Source: Lentisphaeria bacterium (GTDB lineage: Bacteria; Verrucomicrobiota; Lentisphaeria; Victivallales; Victivallaceae). From it: DNA of 64,000 nt. A model generated the notes under the pieces. That model was not told where the DNA came from. It worked only from the letters and a program-made list of their open reading frames with translations, and ran no database searches. The stretch covers positions 5,663 to 69,662 of the forward strand of contig CAAGDG010000058.1 in NCBI GenBank assembly GCA_900768515.1, in the 5' to 3' direction. Position numbers and translations under genes: made by a program. How positions within the stretch are numbered: the stretch's first letter is position 1; each line of letters begins with the position of its first letter. Shown here in pieces: positions 47,549 through 56,733 of the stretch.

Positions 47549-49153
47549 CTATTCGTTGGTGTAACGATTGCCGAACTTCCAGTTGAACATCGTCACGACA
47601 AAAACCAGCAGGAACAGCAGCCAGGAAACCGCCGAAGCGTACCCGAGCCGGCCGGTGCCGAATCCCTGCGTGTAAATGTAGTAGGCGAGCGTCGTGGTCG
47701 AACCCGCCGGTCCGCCCTGCGTCATCACCCGCGCCATTTCAAAACCGCCCTGCAGTCCGTAAATGATCGCCATGATCATGATGAAGAACGTCACGTTCGA
47801 AAGCTGCGGCCAGGTGATGTTCCAGAACCGCTGCCACGGAGTCGCGCCGTCGATGTCGGCCGCCTCGTACAACTCCTGCGGCACTCCGGAGAGCCCCGCC
47901 AGATAGAGCAGCATGTTGTTCGAACCGATCGCCCCCCAGAACCCCATGATCAGGATCGATGGTTTCGCCCAGTAGTAGTCGGAGAGCCATTTCGGCGGCT
48001 CCAGTCCGGCCGGAAGCGGATCTCCATTCACGTCAAGCACCATCTCCGGCAGAATCCAGAATACGCAGGCCATGCCGATCATCGCCATGAAACCGACCAT
48101 TGCGGAGCCGTCCACAATCGCGGAATCCCCGATCCCGCGGTCGAGGATGCACCGGTACTTCCGCCCCAGGGAGACCCGCCAGATCACCCAGATCCAGGCC
48201 GCTGCCAGCACCAGTCCGGCGAAGAGCAGCACCCACGAGGCGTTGGCGCTCAGCATCGAGGTGTCGGGCAGCACGTCGCCGGCGCCCTTCGCCGCGGCCT
48301 CGCTCCGGACCGCGAAATCGCGCATCATCCCCCAGGAGGGAGAACACCACCAGTAGCTGAAGAAGAGCGGAATCGACAGCAGCGTCAATCCGAGAAAAAC
48401 GCTGAACGTTCCGCACTCTCCATCCCGCCACAGCCGCAGCTTGCGGCGCACCATGTTCAGGAAGAACGCCCCCATCAGCAGCACCAGCACCACGCCGATC
48501 ACACCGCAGGCGGGGGAGATCACGATCGCCACCGGCGTCAATGCGTCCAGCACCGGACGCAACGCGTTGTTGATCGGCCCGGTCAGCGGATTGTAAAGCT
48601 TTTTCCAGAGGATGTAGGTGGCCACACCCGCGGTGAAGTACGGAAAATAGAAGAGCGTCCGGAAGACCGTCTTTCCCCCGACCGAACCGATCACGAAAAT
48701 CGCGGCGAGAAGCGAGACGATCAGAATCGTCATCGCGGTCGCGCCGAGCCCGACACAGACCAGAACCGCACAGCTGGCGACCAGCACCGCGGTGGCGACG
48801 GCGATCCCCCAGATCCGGCGTTTGTGGTTGCCGTTCATCTCCCAGTTGAGCAGCAGCGCCGCGCAGAGACTCCCCGCGACGCCGAAGGGAATGCCGATCA
48901 TCAGGAAGAAGGTGTTCCCGAAATACTGGGTGAAATCCGGATCGGTGAAGAGCTTCACGAAGTTGTCGAATCCGACGAAACTGATCGGTTCGGTCCGGAA
49001 CACGTTGTGCATCTCAAGATTCCAGTCGGTGAACGCCATGTAGATGCTCATCACCAGGGGAATCACGGTAAAGGAGAGGAATCCGAGAACGTTCGGCAGC
49101 AGGAATCCCACGCCGATGGCAATTTCCTTGACGTCTTTCTTTTTGATCCCCAT
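47549..49153 (-). CDS. Carbohydrate ABC transporter permease (MalF-like, long form).
   Basis: YEAADIDGATPWQRFWNITWPQL EAA loop. Start at MGIKKK (GGGAGGGG RBS), 1 nt after the SBP stop. Confidence 0.8.
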   Translation of the reverse strand: MGIKKKDVKEIAIGVGFLLPNVLGFLSFTVIPLVMSIYMAFTDWNLEMHNVFRTEPISFVGFDNFVKLFTDPDFTQYFGNTFFLMIGIPFGVAGSLCAALLLNWEMNGNHKRRIWGIAVATAVLVASCAVLVCVGLGATAMTILIVSLLAAIFVIGSVGGKTVFRTLFYFPYFTAGVATYILWKKLYNPLTGPINNALRPVLDALTPVAIVISPACGVIGVVLVLLMGAFFLNMVRRKLRLWRDGECGTFSVFLGLTLLSIPLFFSYWWCSPSWGMMRDFAVRSEAAAKGAGDVLPDTSMLSANASWVLLFAGLVLAAAWIWVIWRVSLGRKYRCILDRGIGDSAIVDGSAMVGFMAMIGMACVFWILPEMVLDVNGDPLPAGLEPPKWLSDYYWAKPSILIMGFWGAIGSNNMLLYLAGLSGVPQELYEAADIDGATPWQRFWNITWPQLSNVTFFIMIMAIIYGLQGGFEMARVMTQGGPAGSTTTLAYYIYTQGFGTGRLGYASAVSWLLFLLVFVVTMFNWKFGNRYTNE

Positions 49154-49154
49154 T

Positions 49155-50684
49155 TTACTTGTCCCCTCCCGGAGCCGCGCCCTCGTCGAGCATCCCCTTT
49201 GCACGATAATATTTAACATAGAACGGATTCTTGATCCACTGGACCGGAATCTTCTTGCCGAGCTTCTTGTACTCGTCGATCTTCTGCTGGATCGCCCAGT
49301 CCTCCTCCCACTGCTTCATGACCTTGGGATTGGCCTCCTTCGAATTTTCGATCTCAAAGTTGTAACGGTCCTCGAGGAAGGCGACCGCCTCTTCCAGCGT
49401 GGCGCGGTCGTTGAAGTAACGGTTCAGCGAATTCTGCAGCCAGTTGGTCGTACCGGTCTTTACGTAGGGACTCCAGTTGCCGGGAATTGCGATCGTCTCC
49501 GCCCACTGGAACTCCAGCGCGCTGGTGTCGCGCTCGTTCGGCCGCTGCTTCTCGATTTCCGGAATGCTGTCGCGGACCACGTCGAGATTCGGCGGCAGTC
49601 CGTCGGCCATGTCGATGATGTACTGATTGTACTCCCGGCTGGCGAGAAACTCGAGGAAGAGCAGTCCCAGCTCCTTGTACTTGCTCCCCTTGTAAAGCAC
49701 CGCCGAACGCGAGGAGATCGGCAGATTCTTGAACTCGTACATCGGCAGCTGACTGACCGCGAAATTGATGTCGCGCCCGGTCTTCTCCTCGTCCTCGCGG
49801 AAGCGGATCAGGCAGTAGCGGCCCATCACGATCATCGCGTACTTTCCGGAAAGGAAGTTCGAATAATCGCCGCCGCCGTAACCGGCGTCGGTATTCATCG
49901 CCGCCACGTCGGCGGCGGTCGGCGCGATGTGATCCTTGTAGGTCCACTTGTGGAAGAGGGCAAACGCATCCCGGAAATATTCATGGTTGCCGATGCAGCG
50001 GGTCAGGGTTTCGTTGTAAAGGTCCAGCCCGCGGCTGCGCACGATCGACATGATCATCGCACACCCCCAGCCGCTGTCGAGCGACTGGGTGAAGAAGTAC
50101 TCCTGCCGGGCCTTGCCCTCATTCGCCCGCTTCACATATTCGACGCCCATCTTTTCGAACTCCTCGGGGGTCCACTCCAACGGAGGCCGCTCGTCGAAAC
50201 CGAAACGTTTGAGGGTGTCAAGATTGATCCACATGCTGACCGTCGCGCCGTTGCAGGGATACCCGTACTGACGGCCATTGTCGTCGGTCAGCAGCCGCGC
50301 CATTCCGGTATAAGTCGTATCCAGCCCGAATCCACGCGCCTTCGCCTCTTCGGTCACGTCGGTACAGACGCCGAGCTGCTGGTATCCGATCAGGTCGCCG
50401 GTATCGAAGATGTCGCCGGCCATGCCGGAGACCGCCTGAATCAAAGTACTCTGATTGTTCGCCGTCTCCACACGGACCCGGACCTTCGCGCGCCCGTCCG
50501 GAGTTACGTGGCCGTTTTTGATCAGCCACTGTTCAAAGAGTTTGACCTGATCCTCCCGCTGCGGATTGGCGTCGGTACGCCATGTGATCATCGGGATGTC
50601 GGACTCCCGCTCGGCACTGGAGTAAATCGTATAAAACGACGCCGCCACCAGAACCAGCAGGATGCTTAGAAACAGTGTTTTCAT
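49155..50684 (-). CDS. Extracellular solute-binding protein, family 1 (sugar ABC transporter), N-terminal TM anchor.
   Basis: MKTLFLSILLVLVAASFY anchor. SBP_bac_1-like length and motifs. Confidence 0.8.
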   Translation of the reverse strand: MKTLFLSILLVLVAASFYTIYSSAERESDIPMITWRTDANPQREDQVKLFEQWLIKNGHVTPDGRAKVRVRVETANNQSTLIQAVSGMAGDIFDTGDLIGYQQLGVCTDVTEEAKARGFGLDTTYTGMARLLTDDNGRQYGYPCNGATVSMWINLDTLKRFGFDERPPLEWTPEEFEKMGVEYVKRANEGKARQEYFFTQSLDSGWGCAMIMSIVRSRGLDLYNETLTRCIGNHEYFRDAFALFHKWTYKDHIAPTAADVAAMNTDAGYGGGDYSNFLSGKYAMIVMGRYCLIRFREDEEKTGRDINFAVSQLPMYEFKNLPISSRSAVLYKGSKYKELGLLFLEFLASREYNQYIIDMADGLPPNLDVVRDSIPEIEKQRPNERDTSALEFQWAETIAIPGNWSPYVKTGTTNWLQNSLNRYFNDRATLEEAVAFLEDRYNFEIENSKEANPKVMKQWEEDWAIQQKIDEYKKLGKKIPVQWIKNPFYVKYYRAKGMLDEGAAPGGDK

Positions 50685-50783
50685 TTTTGTTTCTCTCTCG
50701 CTGTTATTTCGATTACCTTAAATATTAAAACTTAAAATATAATCACAGGAAAAAATACACCGGAATGCCGTTTTTTTCAATCC

Positions 50784-50795
50784 TGTACCGGTACA
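50784..50795. promoter_or_regulatory. AraR-like box TGTACCGGTACA (perfect palindrome) in the divergent promoter region of the ABC-transporter operon and the DUF1846 gene.
   Basis: Seen in sequence: tttcaatccTGTACCGGTACAaaaaaaa. Same TGTAC/GTACA half-sites as the box at 4087. Confidence 0.45.
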
Positions 50796-50928
50796 AAAAA
50801 AATATTTTTTTGGAGAAAACCGCGCCGTGTCCGAGGAAATTCCCGGAAAGGCATCTTGAAAAAAGCAGGAACTCCGGATATATTCAAAAGAATAAACATT
50901 CACCTCTCCAAGCGGGCAGAAAAATTTT

Positions 50929-52443
50929 ATGAAACTCGGATTCGACAGCGAGAAATATCTCCGGGAACAGTCTCAGGCCATTCTGGAACGGGCCGGGAAA
51001 TTTGACGACAAACTCTATCTGGAATTCGGAGGGAAGCTGCTCTGCGACTTTCACGCCGCCCGCGTTCTGCCCGGATTCGACCCCGACACCAAAATCAAAC
51101 TCCTGCAGCGGCTCAAGGACAAGATCGACATCGTGATCTGCATTTATGCCGGCGACATCGAACAGCACAAGATGCGCGCCGACTTCGGCCTCTCCTACGA
51201 CGCCGACACCATGCGCACCATCGATGATCTGCGCGAACGCGGCCTCGACGTCCGGGCCGTGGTGGTCACGCGGTATCAGAATCAACCGACCGTCCGGACC
51301 TTCATCAACCGTCTCGGTCGCAGCGGAATCAAAGTCTACACCCACCGCCCGATCGAAGGGTATCCGACCGATCTGGATTCGATCGTCAGCCGGCGCGGGT
51401 ACGGCGCCAACGAATACATCGAAACCGAACGGCCCATCGTGGTGGTCACCGGTCCCGGCGCCAACTCCGGAAAGATGGCGACCTGCCTCTCGCAGGTCTA
51501 CCACGAACACCAGCGCGGCGTCAAGGCGGGTTACGCGAAATTCGAAACGTTCCCGGTCTGGAACCTGCCGCTCAACCACCCGGTCAACCTCGCCTATGAG
51601 GCGGCTACGGCAGATCTCGGGGACCTCAACATGGTCGACCCCTTCCACCTCGAGGCGTATCACCAGACCGCGATCAACTACAACCGCGACGTGGAGATCT
51701 TTCCGGTCGTCAAACGGATTTGCGCCCGGATCATGCCGCCGGAGCAGCTCTACCAGTCGCCGACCGACATGGGGGTCAACCGGGTCGGATTCGCGATCAC
51801 CGACGACGAAGTCTGCCGCCAGGCGTCGATTCAGGAGATTATCCGCCGTTATTTCCGCAGCATGTGCGACTACGCGACCGGCGCCTCCGACAAGACGCCC
51901 GCCGACCGGATCAAGCTCCTGATGGACGATCTCGGCATCACCGAGCTGGACCGCAAGGTGGTGGCTCCCGCCCGCGCCGCCGCCAAGGCCGCCGAATCCC
52001 AGCCGGACAAGGGCAGCCACAACGTCTACTGCGGCGCCGCGCTCGAACTGCCGGACGGCGTCATCATCACCGGGAAGAACTCGCCGCTCCTGCACGCGGC
52101 GTCAAGCTGCATCCTCAACGCGATCAAGCATCTGGCATCGCTTCCGGACGATCTCATGCTGATCAGTCCCGAGGTGATCGACTCGGTCGGGACCCTCAAG
52201 AAGGAGATCCTCAAAAACCGTGAGATCAGCCTGAATCTGGCCGAGACCCTGACCGCGTTGAGCGTCAGCGTTCCCTCCAATCCGGCCGCCCGGCTGGCGA
52301 TGTGCAAACTCAAACTGCTCGCCGGCTGCGAAATGCACATCAGCCATCTGGTGTCCGGCGGCGACGAGGTGGGACTGCGCAAGCTCGGCATCCATCTGAC
52401 CAGCGAACCCAGATTCATCAGCCGCAATCTTTTCATGGAATAA
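50929..52443 (+). CDS. DUF1846 (UPF0371) family protein.
   Basis: MKLGFDSEKYLREQSQAILERAGKFDDKLYLEFGGKL..DFHAARVLPGFDPDTK matches the recalled UPF0371 N-terminus. ~500 aa as is typical for the family. Confidence 0.65.
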   Translation: MKLGFDSEKYLREQSQAILERAGKFDDKLYLEFGGKLLCDFHAARVLPGFDPDTKIKLLQRLKDKIDIVICIYAGDIEQHKMRADFGLSYDADTMRTIDDLRERGLDVRAVVVTRYQNQPTVRTFINRLGRSGIKVYTHRPIEGYPTDLDSIVSRRGYGANEYIETERPIVVVTGPGANSGKMATCLSQVYHEHQRGVKAGYAKFETFPVWNLPLNHPVNLAYEAATADLGDLNMVDPFHLEAYHQTAINYNRDVEIFPVVKRICARIMPPEQLYQSPTDMGVNRVGFAITDDEVCRQASIQEIIRRYFRSMCDYATGASDKTPADRIKLLMDDLGITELDRKVVAPARAAAKAAESQPDKGSHNVYCGAALELPDGVIITGKNSPLLHAASSCILNAIKHLASLPDDLMLISPEVIDSVGTLKKEILKNREISLNLAETLTALSVSVPSNPAARLAMCKLKLLAGCEMHISHLVSGGDEVGLRKLGIHLTSEPRFISRNLFME

Positions 52444-52465
52444 CAACCGACGGAGGATTGTCACC

Positions 52466-53659
52466 GTGGAATTCGTACCCAATTACGATGAGACGAAGGC
52501 CGGACACCTGCCGTGGCCTTCGCCGCTGCGCCGGCCCGACGGCAGCTTTGTCCGTTCCGCGACCGAATGGAACAACTCCCGGCGCGAGGAGGTCCGCAGA
52601 ACCATCTCCGACTGGCTCTTCGGAGAACTTCCACCCCGCCCGGAATCGGTCCGTTACGAACTGCGGCGCGAAGTCGGCGATGCCCTCGGCGGCGCGGCAA
52701 TCCGCCGGGAGGTGCGAATTCATCTCGAGCACCGCGGCAGACACCATACCGTCGATGTGCTCTGGTACCTGCCGCGCTATGCGAAACGCCCCTGTCCGGC
52801 GGTCGTTGGACTGAACTTCAAAGGGAACGCCGCCTGCACGACGGAGAAGGATATCCTGCCCTCCGAAAGCTGGTGGCATCCGGAGGAGTCGACTCCCGGC
52901 TGCCAGGCCGGCCGCTGGTGTTTCCCCGACCTGATCGAAGCGGGTTTCAGCGTGGCGACCGCCACCCGCGGCGACCTCTTTCCGGACCGGGAAGACGGAC
53001 GCGCCGACAGCGTCTTCCGGCTCTTTCACGCTCCCGACAAGCTCACGCCGGAAAACCGCGACCTGACCGCGATCAGCGCCTGGGCCTACGGATATTCGCT
53101 GCTGTTTGATCTGGTTTCCGGCGATGCTGCCATCGATAGCAATCGAATCTGGGCGCACGGGCACTCCCGGCTCGGGAAGACCGCGCTCTGGGCGGCCGCG
53201 AATGACTTGCGGTTCGCCGGCGCCGTCAGCAACGACTCCGGCTGCTGCGGCGCGGCGCCCTGCCGCCGGAACATCGGGGAGACGCCGGAATTCATCACGA
53301 ACACTTTCCCGTGGTGGTTCCGCCGCAAAATCGATGCCTACGTGAAGCGGACCGGAGAACTGCCGTTCGATCAGAACTGGCTTCTGGCGCTCGTCGCGCC
53401 GCGGCCGCTGCTGGTCGCCAGCGCGACCGAAGATCTCTGGGCCGATCCCCGCGGGGAATTTCTGACCGCGCGGCAGGTCGGCGAAGTCTACGCGCTCTTC
53501 GGCAGCGACGGACTCGGCCCGAATGCCGAATGGCCGCCGCCGGAGACCCCGCTCTTCGGGGACGGCGTCGGCTACTATCTGCGCACCGGCAAACACGACG
53601 TGACCCCGGTCGACTGGAAATTCGTGATCGAATTCATCCGGCTCAACCATCATCTCTGA
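52466..53659 (+). CDS. Carbohydrate esterase family 15 (4-O-methyl-glucuronoyl methylesterase-like), no signal peptide.
   Basis: GHSRLGKTALWAAANDLRFAGAVSNDSGCCG matches the CE15 G[CH]SR.GK....A..D.R.A......SG.GG block. GTG start with GGAGGA RBS. Confidence 0.65.
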   Translation: MEFVPNYDETKAGHLPWPSPLRRPDGSFVRSATEWNNSRREEVRRTISDWLFGELPPRPESVRYELRREVGDALGGAAIRREVRIHLEHRGRHHTVDVLWYLPRYAKRPCPAVVGLNFKGNAACTTEKDILPSESWWHPEESTPGCQAGRWCFPDLIEAGFSVATATRGDLFPDREDGRADSVFRLFHAPDKLTPENRDLTAISAWAYGYSLLFDLVSGDAAIDSNRIWAHGHSRLGKTALWAAANDLRFAGAVSNDSGCCGAAPCRRNIGETPEFITNTFPWWFRRKIDAYVKRTGELPFDQNWLLALVAPRPLLVASATEDLWADPRGEFLTARQVGEVYALFGSDGLGPNAEWPPPETPLFGDGVGYYLRTGKHDVTPVDWKFVIEFIRLNHHL

Positions 53660-53698
53660 ACGAAAAATCAACCTTCAAAGAATTTATGGAGAACATCA

Positions 53699-55200
53699 TG
53701 GAACAGTTATCCCGCAAACTTCTGCCTTCGATCCACACCGCCGGTCTGGAAATCGGTCCGCGCGAGGAGTACCCGGTCAAGGTCATGCAGTTCGGCGAAG
53801 GCAACTTCCTGCGCGCCTTCATCGACTGGATGATCGACAAATCCAACGAGGCGGGCAAATTCGGCGGCATGGTCCAGCTGGTCCAGCCGCTGCCGCAGGG
53901 GATGGCCGACTTCATCAACCGCCAGGACGGTCTCTACACGCTGATCCTGCGCGGAATGGAGAACGGCAGGGCCGCCGAATACAAGCGGATCATCACCTGC
54001 GTCAAGGGATGCCTCAAAACCGACTCCGAATGGCAGAAGGTGGTCGAATGCGCCTGCCTCCCCTCCCTGGAGGTGGTTTTCTCGAACACCACGGAAGCCG
54101 GCATCGAATACAAGCCGGAAGCCTATGAACCCGGCAAGACCCCGGTCACCTATCCGGCCAAACTGACGAGCCTGCTCTTTGAGCGGTTCAAATCCGGTGC
54201 GAAGGGGCTGCTCTTCGTCCCCTGCGAACTGATCGACAAGAACGGCGCCAAACTGCGTGAATGCATCCTCAAATACGCGGCGGACTGGAAGCTCGGCGAG
54301 GCGTTCGAATCCTATGTCAAGAACGACTGCGCCTTCCTGAACACCCTGGTCGACCGGATCGTCGCCGGCTATCCCCGCGCCGAGGCCGCCGCCTACTGCG
54401 AAAAGCTCGGCTATCAGGACAACCTCCTGGACTGTGGCGAAATCTTCCACCTCTTCGTGATCGAAGGCGATGAGAAGTACCGGAAGGTGCTCCCGTTCGC
54501 CGAAGCCGGACTCCATGTGGTCTGGACCGCCAACCAGACCCCCTACCGGAGCCGCAAGGTCCGCTTCCTGAACGGCGGTCACACTTCGAGCGTGCTCGGC
54601 GCTTATCTGGCCGGATTCGATTTCGTCGACCAGATGACCGGCGATGCGCTGTTCGGCAAGTACCTGCGCACTGCGCTGTTCGAAGAGGTCTTCCCGACCG
54701 TCCAGCTTCCCGATGATGAGAAGAAGGCGTTTGCGGAGTCGATCATCGACCGCTTCCTGAACCCCTTCGCCAACCACCAGCTCATCTCGATTTCGCTGAA
54801 CTCGATCTCGAAGTGGCAGGTCCGCGTGCTCCCCTCGCTGCTCGACTACCAGAAGGAGTCCGGACGGCTGCCGAAGGTGCTCACCTTCTCGCTGGCCGCA
54901 CTGCTCGCCTTCTACCGCGGCAGCCGCGACGCCGAAGGGAACTGGTCGGGCAAGCGCGCCAAGGGCGCCTATCCGATCAAGGACGACGACGCGAAAATCG
55001 CCTTCATCAATGAATGCTATGCCGAACTGGACAAGACCGGCGACTACGACGCCTTCGCCAAAGCGGTGCTCGGACGCGCGGACTTCTGGGGAATGGACCT
55101 CAACACGGTTCCGGGCCTCGCCGCGGCCACCGCCGCCAACCTCCGGAAAATCCAAACCGCCGGCATCGTCAAGGCGGTCGAAGAACTGCTGGAGGCGTAA
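53699..55200 (+). CDS. uxaB: Tagaturonate reductase (altronate oxidoreductase).
   Basis: VMQFGEGNFLRAFIDWMID N-terminal Rossmann motif of UxaB/mannitol-DH family. ~500 aa. Confidence 0.8.
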
Positions 55201-55201
55201 G

Positions 55202-56704
55202 ATGAACGAAGCTCCCCGCTACATCCGGATCGGACGCTCCGACAACGTCGCGGTCGCGCTGACCGACCTTCCCGCCGGCGAAACTATCCGGATCGGGGAG
55301 CTGGAGGTCAAGCTTCGCAATGCGATCGGACGCGGCCACAAGTTCGCGCTGACCGCGATTCCAGCCGGATCGCCGGTCATCAAATATGACATGCCGATCG
55401 GCGAGGCGACCAGTGACATCGAACCGGGCTCCTTCGTCCACACCCACAACATCAAGACCCGACTCTCGGGCCAGCTCGAATACACCTATGAACCGGTTCC
55501 GGCGACCTCGCTGCCGAAGGTGGAAGGCAGAACCTTCCGCGGCTACCGCCGGGCGGACGGAACCGTCGGAATCCGCAACGATCTCTGGATCATTCCGACC
55601 GTCGGGTGCGTGAACAAGCTCGCCGAAAACCTGGCGAAAGAGTTCTCGAAACGCCTTCCCGACGGCGACGTGCGGCGGGTTCTGGCCTTTCCCCACCCCT
55701 ACGGCTGTTCGCAGCTCGGCGACGACCACGCCACCACCGCCAACATGCTGGCGTCGCTGGTCCGGCATCCGAATGCCGGCGGCGTCCTGGTGGTCGCGCT
55801 CGGATGCGAGAACAACACGCTGGAAAGTTTCCGGGAACGGCTCGGCAGCTTCGACGAGTCGCGGGTGCGGTTCCTGAAAGCGCAGGAGGACGGCGGAGAG
55901 TTTGAGAAGGGACTGGCGCTTCTGGAGGAACTGCGCGAACAGGCTGCGCGCCAGAAACGGGTCGAAATCCCCGCGTCGGAACTCAAAGTCGGCCTCAAAT
56001 GCGGCGGCTCCGACGGGCTTTCCGGGATCACCGCCAATCCGCTGATCGGCCGTTTCTCCGATTTGCTGGTCGCGGCGGGCGGCACCACGGTGCTGACCGA
56101 GGTTCCTGAGATGTTCGGCGCCGAAACGCTGCTGATGAACCGCTGCGTCGACCGCAAGGTCTTCGACGAATGCGTGAAGATGATCAACGGGTTCAAAGAG
56201 TACTTCCTGCGCCACAACCAGGTGGTCTACGAGAACCCCTCCCCCGGCAACAAGGCCGGCGGAATCTCGACGCTGGAGGAGAAGTCGCTCGGCTGTACCC
56301 AGAAGGGCGGCACCAGCCAGGTCACCGACGTGCTCCACTACGGGGAGCAGCTCCGCACGCCGGGACTGAATCTGCTGACCGGTCCCGGAAACGACATGGT
56401 GGCGACCACGGTGCTGGCCGCGGCCGGCGCCCAGCTGGTGCTCTTCAGCACCGGGCGGGGGACGCCGTTCGGCGGACCGGTCCCGACCGTCAAGATTGCG
56501 ACCAACAGCGAACTGGCCGAGCGCAAGCCGAACTGGATCGACTTCAACGCCGGGAAACTGGTCAAAGGGGGAACCGACCTCGAAACCCTCGGGGCGGAAC
56601 TCTTTGAATATGTTCTCAAACTCGCCTCGGGCGAGGTCGAGGCGCGCAACGAAACCTACGGTTATCAGGAGATCGCCATTTTCAAGGACGGCGTCACTTT
56701 ATAA
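55202..56704 (+). CDS. uxaA: Altronate dehydratase.
   Basis: N-terminal SAF domain, then the UxaA/GarD dehydratase core (GCENN, KCGGSDG). ATG overlaps the uxaB stop (TAAgATG). GGAGG RBS. Confidence 0.8.
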   Translation: MNEAPRYIRIGRSDNVAVALTDLPAGETIRIGELEVKLRNAIGRGHKFALTAIPAGSPVIKYDMPIGEATSDIEPGSFVHTHNIKTRLSGQLEYTYEPVPATSLPKVEGRTFRGYRRADGTVGIRNDLWIIPTVGCVNKLAENLAKEFSKRLPDGDVRRVLAFPHPYGCSQLGDDHATTANMLASLVRHPNAGGVLVVALGCENNTLESFRERLGSFDESRVRFLKAQEDGGEFEKGLALLEELREQAARQKRVEIPASELKVGLKCGGSDGLSGITANPLIGRFSDLLVAAGGTTVLTEVPEMFGAETLLMNRCVDRKVFDECVKMINGFKEYFLRHNQVVYENPSPGNKAGGISTLEEKSLGCTQKGGTSQVTDVLHYGEQLRTPGLNLLTGPGNDMVATTVLAAAGAQLVLFSTGRGTPFGGPVPTVKIATNSELAERKPNWIDFNAGKLVKGGTDLETLGAELFEYVLKLASGEVEARNETYGYQEIAIFKDGVTL

Positions 56705-56733
56705 CAGATCCTTCAACCAGGAGAACCGGAAAC